Assembly: GCA_963843525.1 (NCBI GenBank)
Contig: CAWJKM010000002.1
Location: 324,669 to 388,668 of the forward strand
Origin: Ignavibacteriota bacterium
GTDB taxonomy: Bacteria > Bacteroidota > Ignavibacteria > UBA10030 > UBA6906
Length of the DNA stretch: 64,000 nt
Reading direction: 5' to 3'
Shown here: piece by piece, positions 27,739-36,621 of the stretch
Numbering within the stretch: position 1 is the first letter of the stretch
How the letters are laid out: each line of letters opens with the position of its first letter
Notes under the pieces: generated by a model
Database searches by the model: none
What the model saw: the letters and a program-made list of their open reading frames with translations, nothing else
Told to the model about the DNA's origin: nothing
Position numbers and translations under genes: made by a program

Positions 27739-30633
27739 ATGCGAAATCGTCTCGTTTATCGGCTTGTCGGATTGGGCGTCTTTATCCTGTCGCTCATCCA
27801 GTTTCTCCTCACGGTTCAGCCCTCGGTTTCCTTCTGGGACCCCGGTGAGATATCTGCGGCGGCATACATGCTCCAGGTTCCCCATCCGCCGGGCGGTCCG
27901 CTGTTCCTCCTCATGGGAAAGTTCTTCTATCTTCTGCCCTTCCCGGGAGATCTTGGTCTGCGGATGAATATGGTTTCCGTGTTTTCAAGCGCCTTTGCCG
28001 TTCTCTTCCTGTACCTGATTGCGGTAAAGCTCATCCAGCTTTCGCGGGGGGGAGAATTCAAAAACGTCGTCGATGAAATCGGTGCTTTCTCGGCGGCGGC
28101 CATCGGTGCCCTTTCCCTTTCTGTGTGCGACACCTTCTGGTTCAACGGTGCCGAATCGAATTATTTCGCGGCCAGCACGCTTCTGTATTCTGCCATGGTC
28201 TGGCTGGTACTGGTGTGGGATGAGAAATCAACGGAACGCGGCAGCGGCAGATATCTCTTGATGATCGCCTTCCTGGCAGGGCTGTCTCCCGGGATTCATC
28301 TCATGAGCGTTGTCGCCGTCATGCCGATCGTAATGATCATTGCGTTTCGTTGGAATGCTCCCGAGGAGGGAATGCTCAAGAAGTCCGGGTACGTATTTGC
28401 CGGACACATGGCTCTCTTGGTGGTCGTGGCGCTGGTGATGTGGGGGTCGCAGCAATCCGCAGTCCCGCCGGACGCCGATGCTGCGCATGCATACGATATC
28501 CAGTTCATATGGATCATGATCGGCCTCAGCGCTGTGTACGTGGCGTTGTTCCGCCGCTATGTTTTTACGAGAGATTCTTTTTATCTCCCTGTTGTCGCAG
28601 GCGGTGCCGGACTTGCGCTCGTCTACCCCGGAGTGGTCAAAGAGCTGCCGGCACTGCTCCGTCGTCTTGCGGGCGACAATGCGGAAGCCGGTCTGCTCGT
28701 TCTTATCGCAATTATCGTTCTTCTGGGGTATCTCGCCTGGTGGGCTGGGCGAAACAAGCACCTGATTACGCACTATGCTTCCCTTGCGGCGGTGTTTGCG
28801 ATCCTGGGCTTCTCCGTTTACGCAATCATCATCATCCGCGCGAATGACCATCCCCCGATGAACGAAAATGCTCCCACGACGTTCAGCGGGCTCCTGACCT
28901 ATCTGAACCGTGAGCAGTATGGCGACTTCCCGATTTTCAAGCGGCGCTGGAACGGGGATGGGATGCACGATCCCACCTTCAGAAACTACTCGAGCGACCT
29001 CGATTTCTTCCTCCGCTACCAGATGAACCACATGTACCACCGGTATATTCTCTTCAATTATATGGGGAGAACATCCGAGGATCAGGATTCGAGCGCGGAT
29101 TTCTCGGGATACTTTGCGATACCGCTCCTCATCGCCCTCTTCGGGCTGTACTCCCATTTTCGCAATGATTGGAAACGGGCGTCAGTGATCCTGATCTTGT
29201 TCCTGCTCATGGGACATATGATTGCCTTTTATCAGAATCAGCAGGAGCCACAGCCGCGAGAACGGGATTATTTTTATGCCGGCGCATATTTTATCATTTC
29301 GTTGTGGATAGCGCTCGGTCTCAAGGGGCTGATCGACATAGTGACAGAAAAACTTCCGGCCTCTTCGAAGCCGGCGATGGCAACGATTCTCGTCCTGGGC
29401 GTCCTGTTCATCCCCGTACGAATGTTCCAGGTCAACCTGCCGACCCACGACCGTTCGCACGATTGGGTCCCCTGGGATCTGGCGTACAACATGCTTCAGA
29501 CCTGTGAAAAAGACGCCATTCTGTTCACCTATGGAGACAACGATACATTTCCGCTCTGGTATCTCCAGGACGTCGAGGCGGTGCGGAGGGATGTCCGCGT
29601 TGTCAATCTCAGCCTGGGAAACACTCCCTGGTATATCCAGCAGATGAAGGACAAACCCTATTATCCGGAGGCGAAGGCCGTTCCCCTCAGCTTTTCGAAC
29701 CGGGTCATTCAGAGTTTCAGCCGGGGGGTCGAACAATGGAACCCACGGACGATTGACCTTCCTGTTCCGCGGGACGTCTTTGAACGGTACGGGGTGACCG
29801 ACACTGCGGCGATCAATGCCGGCAAGATCTCCTTTGTCATGCGGAATACGCTCCAGTTCGGTCAGACGGGCGCTGTCCGTGTACAGGACTTGCTGGTCCT
29901 CAACATTGTCCAGACAACACGCTGGACACGACCGATCTATTTTGCCTGTACGTGTGCGCCCGACAGCCGGATCGGGCTCGACAATTATCTGTGGTATGAG
30001 GGGATGGCCTGGAAGCTCGAGCCGAAGAAGACTTCGTCGGCCAATATGGGGACGAACGGCGCGTACCTGGATGCGGAGCTGTTCAACGAACCGCAGGGCT
30101 TTTCGCGGACGCCGCAAGCGGGATACAAGTTCCGCGGCCTTGCCGATCCAAAGGTCTTTCTCGATGAAAATGCGCGAAGGATGATTCAGAATTACCGGTC
30201 CGCGTTCATGCAGCTTGCCATGTACTATTCCGGCCCCGGAGGCAATTCTGTCCGGAGCAACCTTGTGCTGGACAGGATGATGCAACTCATGCCGGAAGCG
30301 AAATACCCGCTTCCCTTTGAGATGGTCTCGCAAATTGCTTTCCTGTATGATCGGCTGGGCAATACGGAGGCTTTCCGGCGGATCGCCGACGAAGTGGAAC
30401 AGAGAGCCCGGGAAAGAATCCAGGCAGGTCAGGTCGATATGAATTCGATGATGTACAACCCCTATTCGATCCTCCTCCAATTGTATGACATGGAGAAGGA
30501 CCACCAGAAAACCCTCGGGGTTTTAAAAGAGCTTGAGGCGCTCTACCCCAACGACCAGGGGTTGAAGAACCGGATCAAGGAAGTGGAGGCGCAGGTGAAG
30601 GGATCGGTCGACAGCGTGGCGCGCAAGCCGTAA
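27739..30633 (+). CDS. DUF2723-family polytopic membrane protein (PMT/ArnT-like glycosyltransferase-fold) with C-terminal TPR-like domain
   Basis: FWDPGE(I/L)SAAAY...PHPPGGPLF motif typical of DUF2723. More than 10 TM helices. About 960 aa. Confidence 0.7.
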   Translation: MRNRLVYRLVGLGVFILSLIQFLLTVQPSVSFWDPGEISAAAYMLQVPHPPGGPLFLLMGKFFYLLPFPGDLGLRMNMVSVFSSAFAVLFLYLIAVKLIQLSRGGEFKNVVDEIGAFSAAAIGALSLSVCDTFWFNGAESNYFAASTLLYSAMVWLVLVWDEKSTERGSGRYLLMIAFLAGLSPGIHLMSVVAVMPIVMIIAFRWNAPEEGMLKKSGYVFAGHMALLVVVALVMWGSQQSAVPPDADAAHAYDIQFIWIMIGLSAVYVALFRRYVFTRDSFYLPVVAGGAGLALVYPGVVKELPALLRRLAGDNAEAGLLVLIAIIVLLGYLAWWAGRNKHLITHYASLAAVFAILGFSVYAIIIIRANDHPPMNENAPTTFSGLLTYLNREQYGDFPIFKRRWNGDGMHDPTFRNYSSDLDFFLRYQMNHMYHRYILFNYMGRTSEDQDSSADFSGYFAIPLLIALFGLYSHFRNDWKRASVILILFLLMGHMIAFYQNQQEPQPRERDYFYAGAYFIISLWIALGLKGLIDIVTEKLPASSKPAMATILVLGVLFIPVRMFQVNLPTHDRSHDWVPWDLAYNMLQTCEKDAILFTYGDNDTFPLWYLQDVEAVRRDVRVVNLSLGNTPWYIQQMKDKPYYPEAKAVPLSFSNRVIQSFSRGVEQWNPRTIDLPVPRDVFERYGVTDTAAINAGKISFVMRNTLQFGQTGAVRVQDLLVLNIVQTTRWTRPIYFACTCAPDSRIGLDNYLWYEGMAWKLEPKKTSSANMGTNGAYLDAELFNEPQGFSRTPQAGYKFRGLADPKVFLDENARRMIQNYRSAFMQLAMYYSGPGGNSVRSNLVLDRMMQLMPEAKYPLPFEMVSQIAFLYDRLGNTEAFRRIADEVEQRARERIQAGQVDMNSMMYNPYSILLQLYDMEKDHQKTLGVLKELEALYPNDQGLKNRIKEVEAQVKGSVDSVARKP

Positions 30634-30691
30634 AGCGGTTTTCGCCGGAGACCCGGGAGGACGGGCCACCCCCGGCGAGCCTCGATATCTT

Positions 30692-30735
30692 CGGGCGCGC
30701 TTAGGGCGGACTGCCGTAAGCGCGCCCGGCGTTTT
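30692..30735 (+). terminator. Strong intrinsic terminator after the DUF2723 gene
   Basis: Perfect 12-bp stem cgggcgcgctta / taagcgcgcccg (30692-30703 / 30717-30728), 13-nt loop, then gcgtttt. Confidence 0.6.
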
Positions 30736-30983
30736 CTCCCGGGGGGCGAACGAACTTGAGGCCCCCCGAAAAAAAACGCATCCACGCCGTTCCGATGTAA
30801 ACTGTTCCCCTGGAACTGTTGTCTAATATAGCTGAGGAGTTTGCGGGCATTATCGAGCGAGAGGTCCGGCTTCACGATCCTGCGGACACATGCGTGAAGG
30901 AGCGGCGATGGGGAAATTGATTTTCCTCCCCGGGTTACATACCTTATAAATTCTGGTTTTTGCTGCAAATACCTGGAGGCTGA

Positions 30984-31973
30984 ATGACGTACGATATCAA
31001 GGCAATCAACGAGAAAATCCAACGCGAGAGTGCGTTTATCGATCTCCTCCTTCTGGAAATGGGAAAAGTGATCGTCGGCCAGAAGCAAATGGTCGAACGT
31101 TTGCTCGTCGGTCTGCTGGCGAACGGGCACATCCTGCTGGAAGGGGTCCCGGGCCTTGCGAAAACTCTTGCGATCAAGACGCTCGCCTCTGCCGTGCACG
31201 CGAAGTTCCAACGGATCCAGTTTACGCCCGATCTTCTCCCGGCCGATCTCGTCGGCACCATGATTTACAATCAAAAGGACGGCTCCTTCCAGACCAAACG
31301 GGGACCGATCTTTGCCAACTTTATCCTGGCAGATGAGATCAACCGATCGCCGGCGAAAGTCCAGAGTGCCTTGCTGGAAGCCATGCAGGAGCGCCAGGTA
31401 ACGATCGGTGAAGAGACTTTCAAACTTCCCGAACCATTTTTGGTTCTTGCGACGCAGAACCCGATTGAGCAGGAGGGTACCTATCCCCTCCCCGAAGCCC
31501 AGGTCGATCGGTTCATGCTCAAAGTGAAAATCGGCTATCCCTCGAAGGACGAAGAACTGCAGATCATGCGTGCGAATGTGAAAGACGGAATGCCCGCCGT
31601 CCGCAGCGTGATCAGCGGTGCAGACATTGTCCATGCCCGGTCCGCCATCAATGAAATCTATATGGATGAGAAGATCGAGCGCTATATTCTCGACATCGTC
31701 TTCGCAACCCGGGCGCCGAAGCAGTACAATCTGAACAACCTGGCATCGCTGATCAGCTACGGCGCATCCCCCCGCGCGTCCATCAATCTTGCGCTGGGAG
31801 CCAAAGCGTATGCGTTTATCAAGCGACGGGGGTATGTCGTCCCGGAAGATGTCCGGGCGATCAGCCTCGATGTGCTGCGCCATCGGGTGGCGGTCACCTA
31901 CGAAGCCGAAGCAGAAGAGGTCACGGCGGAACAGGTGGTGCAGGAAGTGCTGAACAAGATAGAAGTACCTTGA
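30984..31973 (+). CDS. MoxR-like AAA+ ATPase
   Basis: IVGQKQMVERLLVGLLANGHILLEGVPGLAKT (Walker A), ILADEINR (Walker B) and VLATQNP. Confidence 0.9.
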   Translation: MTYDIKAINEKIQRESAFIDLLLLEMGKVIVGQKQMVERLLVGLLANGHILLEGVPGLAKTLAIKTLASAVHAKFQRIQFTPDLLPADLVGTMIYNQKDGSFQTKRGPIFANFILADEINRSPAKVQSALLEAMQERQVTIGEETFKLPEPFLVLATQNPIEQEGTYPLPEAQVDRFMLKVKIGYPSKDEELQIMRANVKDGMPAVRSVISGADIVHARSAINEIYMDEKIERYILDIVFATRAPKQYNLNNLASLISYGASPRASINLALGAKAYAFIKRRGYVVPEDVRAISLDVLRHRVAVTYEAEAEEVTAEQVVQEVLNKIEVP

Positions 31974-32050
31974 CCGGATATTAAGGTTTGGAGTCTGGAT
32001 TTTAGAGTTGGTTTTGGCGAAGCGATCAGGAAACGGCCAATCGTCGGATA

Positions 32051-32926
32051 ATGGAAACAAGAGACCTTCTCAAAAAAGTCCGCCAGGTCGAGATTAAGAC
32101 CCGGGGGCTCGTCAATCAGATATTCTCGGGAGAGTATCATTCCGTGTTCAAAGGACGCGGGATGGAATTCTCCGAGGTGCGGGAGTATCAGTTTGGCGAC
32201 GACATTCGCACCATCGACTGGAATGTCTCGGCGCGGTTTGACAAGCCGTTCGTCAAGGTGTTCGAAGAAGAGCGGGAATTGACGGTGATGCTCCTCGTGG
32301 ACCTGAGTGCCTCCGGCGATTTCGGATCCTCCGAACAGCTGAAAAACGAAATTGCGGCGGAGATTTGCGCAGTGCTGGCGTTCTCCGCGATCAAGAATAA
32401 TGACAAGGTCGGATTGATCATGTTCACCGACCGCATCGAAAAGTTTGTCCCGCCGAAAAAAGGACGTGCGCATATTCTCCGCATCATCCGTGAGCTTCTC
32501 TCTCCGTCGATGCAGGGAACGGGCACGAACATTCGCGGCGCTCTTGAATACTTCAACCACGTAAGCAAGAAGCGGACCATTGCGTTTCTGATTTCCGATT
32601 TTATCGACGACGGGTACGACAAAATCCTGAGCATTGTCGGACGAAAGCACGATCTCATTGCCGTGCATGTGACCGATCCGCGTGAAGAGCTCCTCCCCGA
32701 CGCGGGACTCATGTTCATCAGAGATGCGGAGACGGGAGTGCGCCGGTGGGTGGACACGGGGAACCGGGCCGTGCGCGCGGAGTTTGTGCGTTACTGGGGA
32801 GAGCGCCGGGCCCTGCAGAAAAGCCTTTTCGTGCGGTCGCGTGTTGATGCCATCCCCATCCGGGCGGATCGTCCGTACATCAAGCCGATCGTGGATTTTT
32901 TCCGACTTCGAGAGAAACGGATGTGA
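32051..32926 (+). CDS. DUF58 (vWA-like) protein, partner of the MoxR ATPase
   Basis: SGEYHSVFKGRGMEFSEVREYQFGDDIRTIDW signature of DUF58. Confidence 0.85.
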   Translation: METRDLLKKVRQVEIKTRGLVNQIFSGEYHSVFKGRGMEFSEVREYQFGDDIRTIDWNVSARFDKPFVKVFEEERELTVMLLVDLSASGDFGSSEQLKNEIAAEICAVLAFSAIKNNDKVGLIMFTDRIEKFVPPKKGRAHILRIIRELLSPSMQGTGTNIRGALEYFNHVSKKRTIAFLISDFIDDGYDKILSIVGRKHDLIAVHVTDPREELLPDAGLMFIRDAETGVRRWVDTGNRAVRAEFVRYWGERRALQKSLFVRSRVDAIPIRADRPYIKPIVDFFRLREKRM

Positions 32927-33876
32927 TGGAGCACCGATTCATCAGCAGCATTCTGGCTCTTCTGCTTTCCTCGGCTGCACTGGGGCAAACAGGCGATGTG
33001 ACAGCGCGCGCCTGGGTCGACTCGACGAGCTATCAGGTGGGTGATGCGATCGCCGTTCACGTTCTTGTGACCCACCCGCGCGGCGTTGCCATCCAACCGC
33101 CCGCCGGCGATTCCCTCGGTTCGCTCGTCATCCTCCAGCATCTTCCGGTCACCGCGCAGAACGACACGGTGGCGCTTACGGGACTCGTGGTTTCGTACTA
33201 TGATTCCGGCACGGTTTCCACGCCGCCGGTTCTCATCCCGTATGCGGTCCCGGGCGATACGGTGGGCAGAATTGCGCAAACCAATCCCCTGGTCATCACC
33301 GTTCACACGATCGCCGTCGATACCAGCAAAGCGTACCGGGACCTCAAGCCGCCGTTATCGATCCCGATCAGCGCGGCGGAAATCGCAATGTACGCCGGCA
33401 TCATTCTCGCCATTGCGGCCCTTGGGTATTTCGGCTACCGGTACTGGAAAAAACGGAGGGAACGTCTGGCCGGCATCAAACCGGATGAGCCGGCGCGGCC
33501 CGCTGACGTTCTTGCCCTGGAAGAACTGAGCGCGCTGAAGGAACGGAAGCTCTGGCAAAAGGGGATGGTAAAAGAGTATTACTCCGAGGTGACGGAGATT
33601 ATCCGGCGGTACTTTGAGCGGCGGTACGGCCTGCGGGCACTCGAAGAAACGACCGAAGAAATCCTCGCCGCGCTCCGCGGAGTTCCGGTAACGCCGGAAG
33701 CGATGGACCTTTCGGGAAAGATGCTCCGCCTCGCGGATCTCGTGAAATTTGCCAAGTTCACGCCGGGCATTCCCGATCACGAAGAAATGCTCACGTTCGC
33801 GTACGATATTGTAGAAAGAACCAAACCGGTCGTCATGTCGCCGGTGGTCAATGCCGATGTTACTCCTGGGTCATAA
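32926..33876 (+). CDS. Bat-operon membrane-anchored hypothetical protein (DUF4381-like)
   Basis: Signal peptide MEHRFISSILALLLSSAALGQ and a central TM helix IAMYAGIILAIAALGYFGY. Sits between DUF58 and batA, as in Bacteroides aerotolerance operons. Confidence 0.6.
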   Translation: MEHRFISSILALLLSSAALGQTGDVTARAWVDSTSYQVGDAIAVHVLVTHPRGVAIQPPAGDSLGSLVILQHLPVTAQNDTVALTGLVVSYYDSGTVSTPPVLIPYAVPGDTVGRIAQTNPLVITVHTIAVDTSKAYRDLKPPLSIPISAAEIAMYAGIILAIAALGYFGYRYWKKRRERLAGIKPDEPARPADVLALEELSALKERKLWQKGMVKEYYSEVTEIIRRYFERRYGLRALEETTEEILAALRGVPVTPEAMDLSGKMLRLADLVKFAKFTPGIPDHEEMLTFAYDIVERTKPVVMSPVVNADVTPGS

Positions 33877-34861
33877 CGTCACATTCGCCAGCCCGATTTT
33901 TCTTTACGGGCTGATCATTATCCCTCTTCTCATCCTCTGGTACCTGCGGAGGAACAATGAGGAGACCGCGGATCTCCGCTATTCCACGCTTCGTCCCTTC
34001 GGTGCCCTCCGTCCGACATTGAAGGAGCGCCTTCATCTCCTCCCGTTCATTCTCAGGCTTGCGGTGGTCGCCTTTCTCATTGTGGCACTGGCGAGGCCGC
34101 AGACGTCCGCATCGTCTGAAAACGTGTATACGGAGGGGATCGATATTGTCCTGCTCCTGGACATTTCGGGGAGTATGCTCGCAGAGGACTTCACGCCAAA
34201 CCGCATCGAGGCGGCGAAGGCGGTTGCCCAGGAGTTCGTCGATGCGCGGGAGCATGACCGCATCGGACTCGTCATCTTCGCCGGCCAGAGTTTTACGCAG
34301 TGTCCGATGACACTCGACTACCACGTCCTGAAGAACCTCCTCCGGCAGGTGAAGCCGGGAATGGTGGAGGACGGGACCGCCATTGGTATGGCGATCGCGC
34401 AGGGCGTCAATCGACTGAAGGACAGCAAAGCGAAGAGCAAGGTGATGATTCTTCTCACCGACGGCGTGAACAACCGGGGGGAGATCGACCCCATCACTGC
34501 GGCGCAAATCGCACAGACGTTCGGGATCCGCATTTATACGATCGGGGTCGGGACGATCGGCACCGCCCCGTACCCCGTCCAGACCCCGTTCGGCATCCGG
34601 TATCAAAACATGCCCGTCGATGTCGATGAGAAAACCCTCCAGACGATCGCGTCGATGACCGGCGGACAGTACTTCCGTGCGACGAACAACCGCGCCTTAC
34701 GGCAGATCTATAACGAAATCGACAAACTTGAGAAGACAAAAATCGAAGTGAAACAGTACCGCTCCTATACCGAGTTGTATCCGATCTGGGCGGGGCTGGG
34801 GCTGCTGCTCGCCGTGTCAGAGTTCGCTCTGCGCGGAACGCTGTTGCGGAAAATACCCTAA
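33851..34861 (+). CDS. batA: BatA: vWA domain membrane protein
   Basis: N-terminal TM helix, vWA MIDAS DxSxS (DISGSM) and TDGVNN. Confidence 0.85.
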   Translation: MPMLLLGHNVTFASPIFLYGLIIIPLLILWYLRRNNEETADLRYSTLRPFGALRPTLKERLHLLPFILRLAVVAFLIVALARPQTSASSENVYTEGIDIVLLLDISGSMLAEDFTPNRIEAAKAVAQEFVDAREHDRIGLVIFAGQSFTQCPMTLDYHVLKNLLRQVKPGMVEDGTAIGMAIAQGVNRLKDSKAKSKVMILLTDGVNNRGEIDPITAAQIAQTFGIRIYTIGVGTIGTAPYPVQTPFGIRYQNMPVDVDEKTLQTIASMTGGQYFRATNNRALRQIYNEIDKLEKTKIEVKQYRSYTELYPIWAGLGLLLAVSEFALRGTLLRKIP

Positions 34862-34865
34862 GAAA

Positions 34866-35915
34866 ATGATCCGGTTCGCTCATCCAGAATATCTCTACCT
34901 GCTGGTGCTGCTGCCCGCAATGGTTGCCGCGTTCCTGCTGTTCAGCAGGATGCGATCGAATGCGTCCAGGCGTTTCAGCACCTCGACGCTGTTTCAGCGT
35001 CTGGCAGAGAGGGCGAGCGGGTCCCGTCGTCTCTGGAAGTTCGTCCTGCTCGCCGGTGCGACCGGTCTCCTCATTGTGGCTCTCGCGAACCCCCAGATCG
35101 GGACGCGCCTCGAAGATGTCAAGCAGGAAGGCGTGGACATCTATATTGCGCTCGACGTCTCCCTGAGCATGAAAGCCGAGGACATCAAGCCGAACAGGCT
35201 TGAAAAGGCGAAGCTGGAGTTGAGAAATCTCATCAGCCGCCTGGCGGGAGACCGTGTAGGGCTGGTGATATTCGCGGGTGAGGCATTCACCCAATTTCCC
35301 CTGACGACGGACTACAGCGCCGCGAATCTGTTCATCGACGTGGTTGATGTGAACGATGTTCCTGTTCCGGGTACTGCCATCGGCGACGCGATCAATCGCG
35401 CGGTCGAATCTTTTGACTACAAAGATCCGACCACGAAGGTCATCGTCATCATGACCGACGGTGAGAATACGGAAGGCGACGCGATTGAAGCCGCTCAGGA
35501 CGCCGCAAAGAAGGGGATCCTCCTCTATACAATAGGCCTCGGTTCTCCCACGGGCGCCCCGATCCCGGTGTACAACGGCTCCGGGCAACAGGTCGATTTC
35601 AAGCGCGACAAATCCGGAAACGTCGTCGTCTCCAAGCTCGACGAAGAGGGATTGCAGCGGATCGCCGACATCGGCAACGGAAAATACTTCCGCGGGACAA
35701 ACTCCCAGGACGAGCTCGACGAAATCTATAAGAACATCAACTCTCTCCAGAAGAGGGAGTTCGGGGTGAAACAGTTCACGGACTATGAATCGCGCTACCA
35801 GTGGTTTCTGTTCCCCGCGATAGTGTTTCTGCTGGCGGAGGTGTTCATTTCGGAGAAGGCGGCCCTCTGGCTGCAACGGTGGAATCCGCTCCGGAGAGAG
35901 GAGGAGGCGGCATGA
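34866..35915 (+). CDS. batB: BatB: vWA domain membrane protein
   Basis: ALDVSLSM (DxSxS) and MTDGENT. N- and C-terminal TM helices. Confidence 0.85.
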   Translation: MIRFAHPEYLYLLVLLPAMVAAFLLFSRMRSNASRRFSTSTLFQRLAERASGSRRLWKFVLLAGATGLLIVALANPQIGTRLEDVKQEGVDIYIALDVSLSMKAEDIKPNRLEKAKLELRNLISRLAGDRVGLVIFAGEAFTQFPLTTDYSAANLFIDVVDVNDVPVPGTAIGDAINRAVESFDYKDPTTKVIVIMTDGENTEGDAIEAAQDAAKKGILLYTIGLGSPTGAPIPVYNGSGQQVDFKRDKSGNVVVSKLDEEGLQRIADIGNGKYFRGTNSQDELDEIYKNINSLQKREFGVKQFTDYESRYQWFLFPAIVFLLAEVFISEKAALWLQRWNPLRREEEAA

Positions 35916-36616
35916 AGAACATCGTTCTGGTCCTGTTCCTGGTGACGGCGGTCCAATCAGGCTTCGGACAATCCATTCGTTCCCTGGTGAACGGGGGCAA
36001 CGACCTGTATCATGACAAGAAGTTTACCGATGCGGAGGTGAACTACCGGAAGGCTCTCCAGAAGGAGAAGGATCTTGTCCAGGGTCATTTTGATCTCGGG
36101 AATGCCCTTGCAAAGCAGGGAAAGAGGGATGAAGCGGCAAAGGAATTCGCAATCGCCGCGGAGAAGGCCGAGCACAAGGATACGAAGGCTTCGGCATACT
36201 ACAACATCGGGAATACCCAGATGGGCGGGCAACAGTACGCCGATGCAGTCCGATCCTACGTGGAAGCCCTGAAGATCAATCCCGACGATGCGGAAGCGAA
36301 ATACAATCTCTCCTATGCCCTCGAGAAACTCCGGCAGCAACAACAGCAAAACCAGCAAAAGAAAAACGACAAGAATCAGGACAAGCAAAAGAACAAGCAG
36401 CAGAACCAGGATCAGAACAAAAACCAGGACAAAAAGCAAAACGACCAGAAGAAGCAGCAGCAGAACAACCAGCAACAGAATGCCCAGCAGCAAAAACGCA
36501 TGTCGAAGTCGGATGCGGAAAGGATTCTCGAGGTGCTGAGGAACAGCGAAAAGGATGTGCAAAAGAAACTCCATGTGCGCCCCGCCGAACGGGCGACGAC
36601 GGATAAGGATTGGTGA
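35912..36616 (+). CDS. batC: BatC: TPR protein with Q/N/K-rich low-complexity tail
   Basis: ATGA overlap with batB. TPR repeats (YNIGNTQMGGQQYADAVRSYVEALKINPDDAEAKYNLSYALE) followed by about 70 aa of QQQNQQKKNDKNQDK. Confidence 0.75.
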   Translation: MKNIVLVLFLVTAVQSGFGQSIRSLVNGGNDLYHDKKFTDAEVNYRKALQKEKDLVQGHFDLGNALAKQGKRDEAAKEFAIAAEKAEHKDTKASAYYNIGNTQMGGQQYADAVRSYVEALKINPDDAEAKYNLSYALEKLRQQQQQNQQKKNDKNQDKQKNKQQNQDQNKNQDKKQNDQKKQQQNNQQQNAQQQKRMSKSDAERILEVLRNSEKDVQKKLHVRPAERATTDKDW

Positions 36617-36621
36617 TCCGC

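Noticed and set aside
28228-32060. Series of long minus-strand ORFs (28228-29157, 29182-30504, 30543-32060)
   Set aside because: All are antisense to the DUF2723, MoxR and DUF58 genes, which carry strong family motifs. Compositions are R/D/H-rich. They are artefacts of high GC.
33860-35876. Minus-strand ORFs 33860-34606 and 34494-35876
   Set aside because: Antisense to batA and batB, which have vWA MIDAS motifs.
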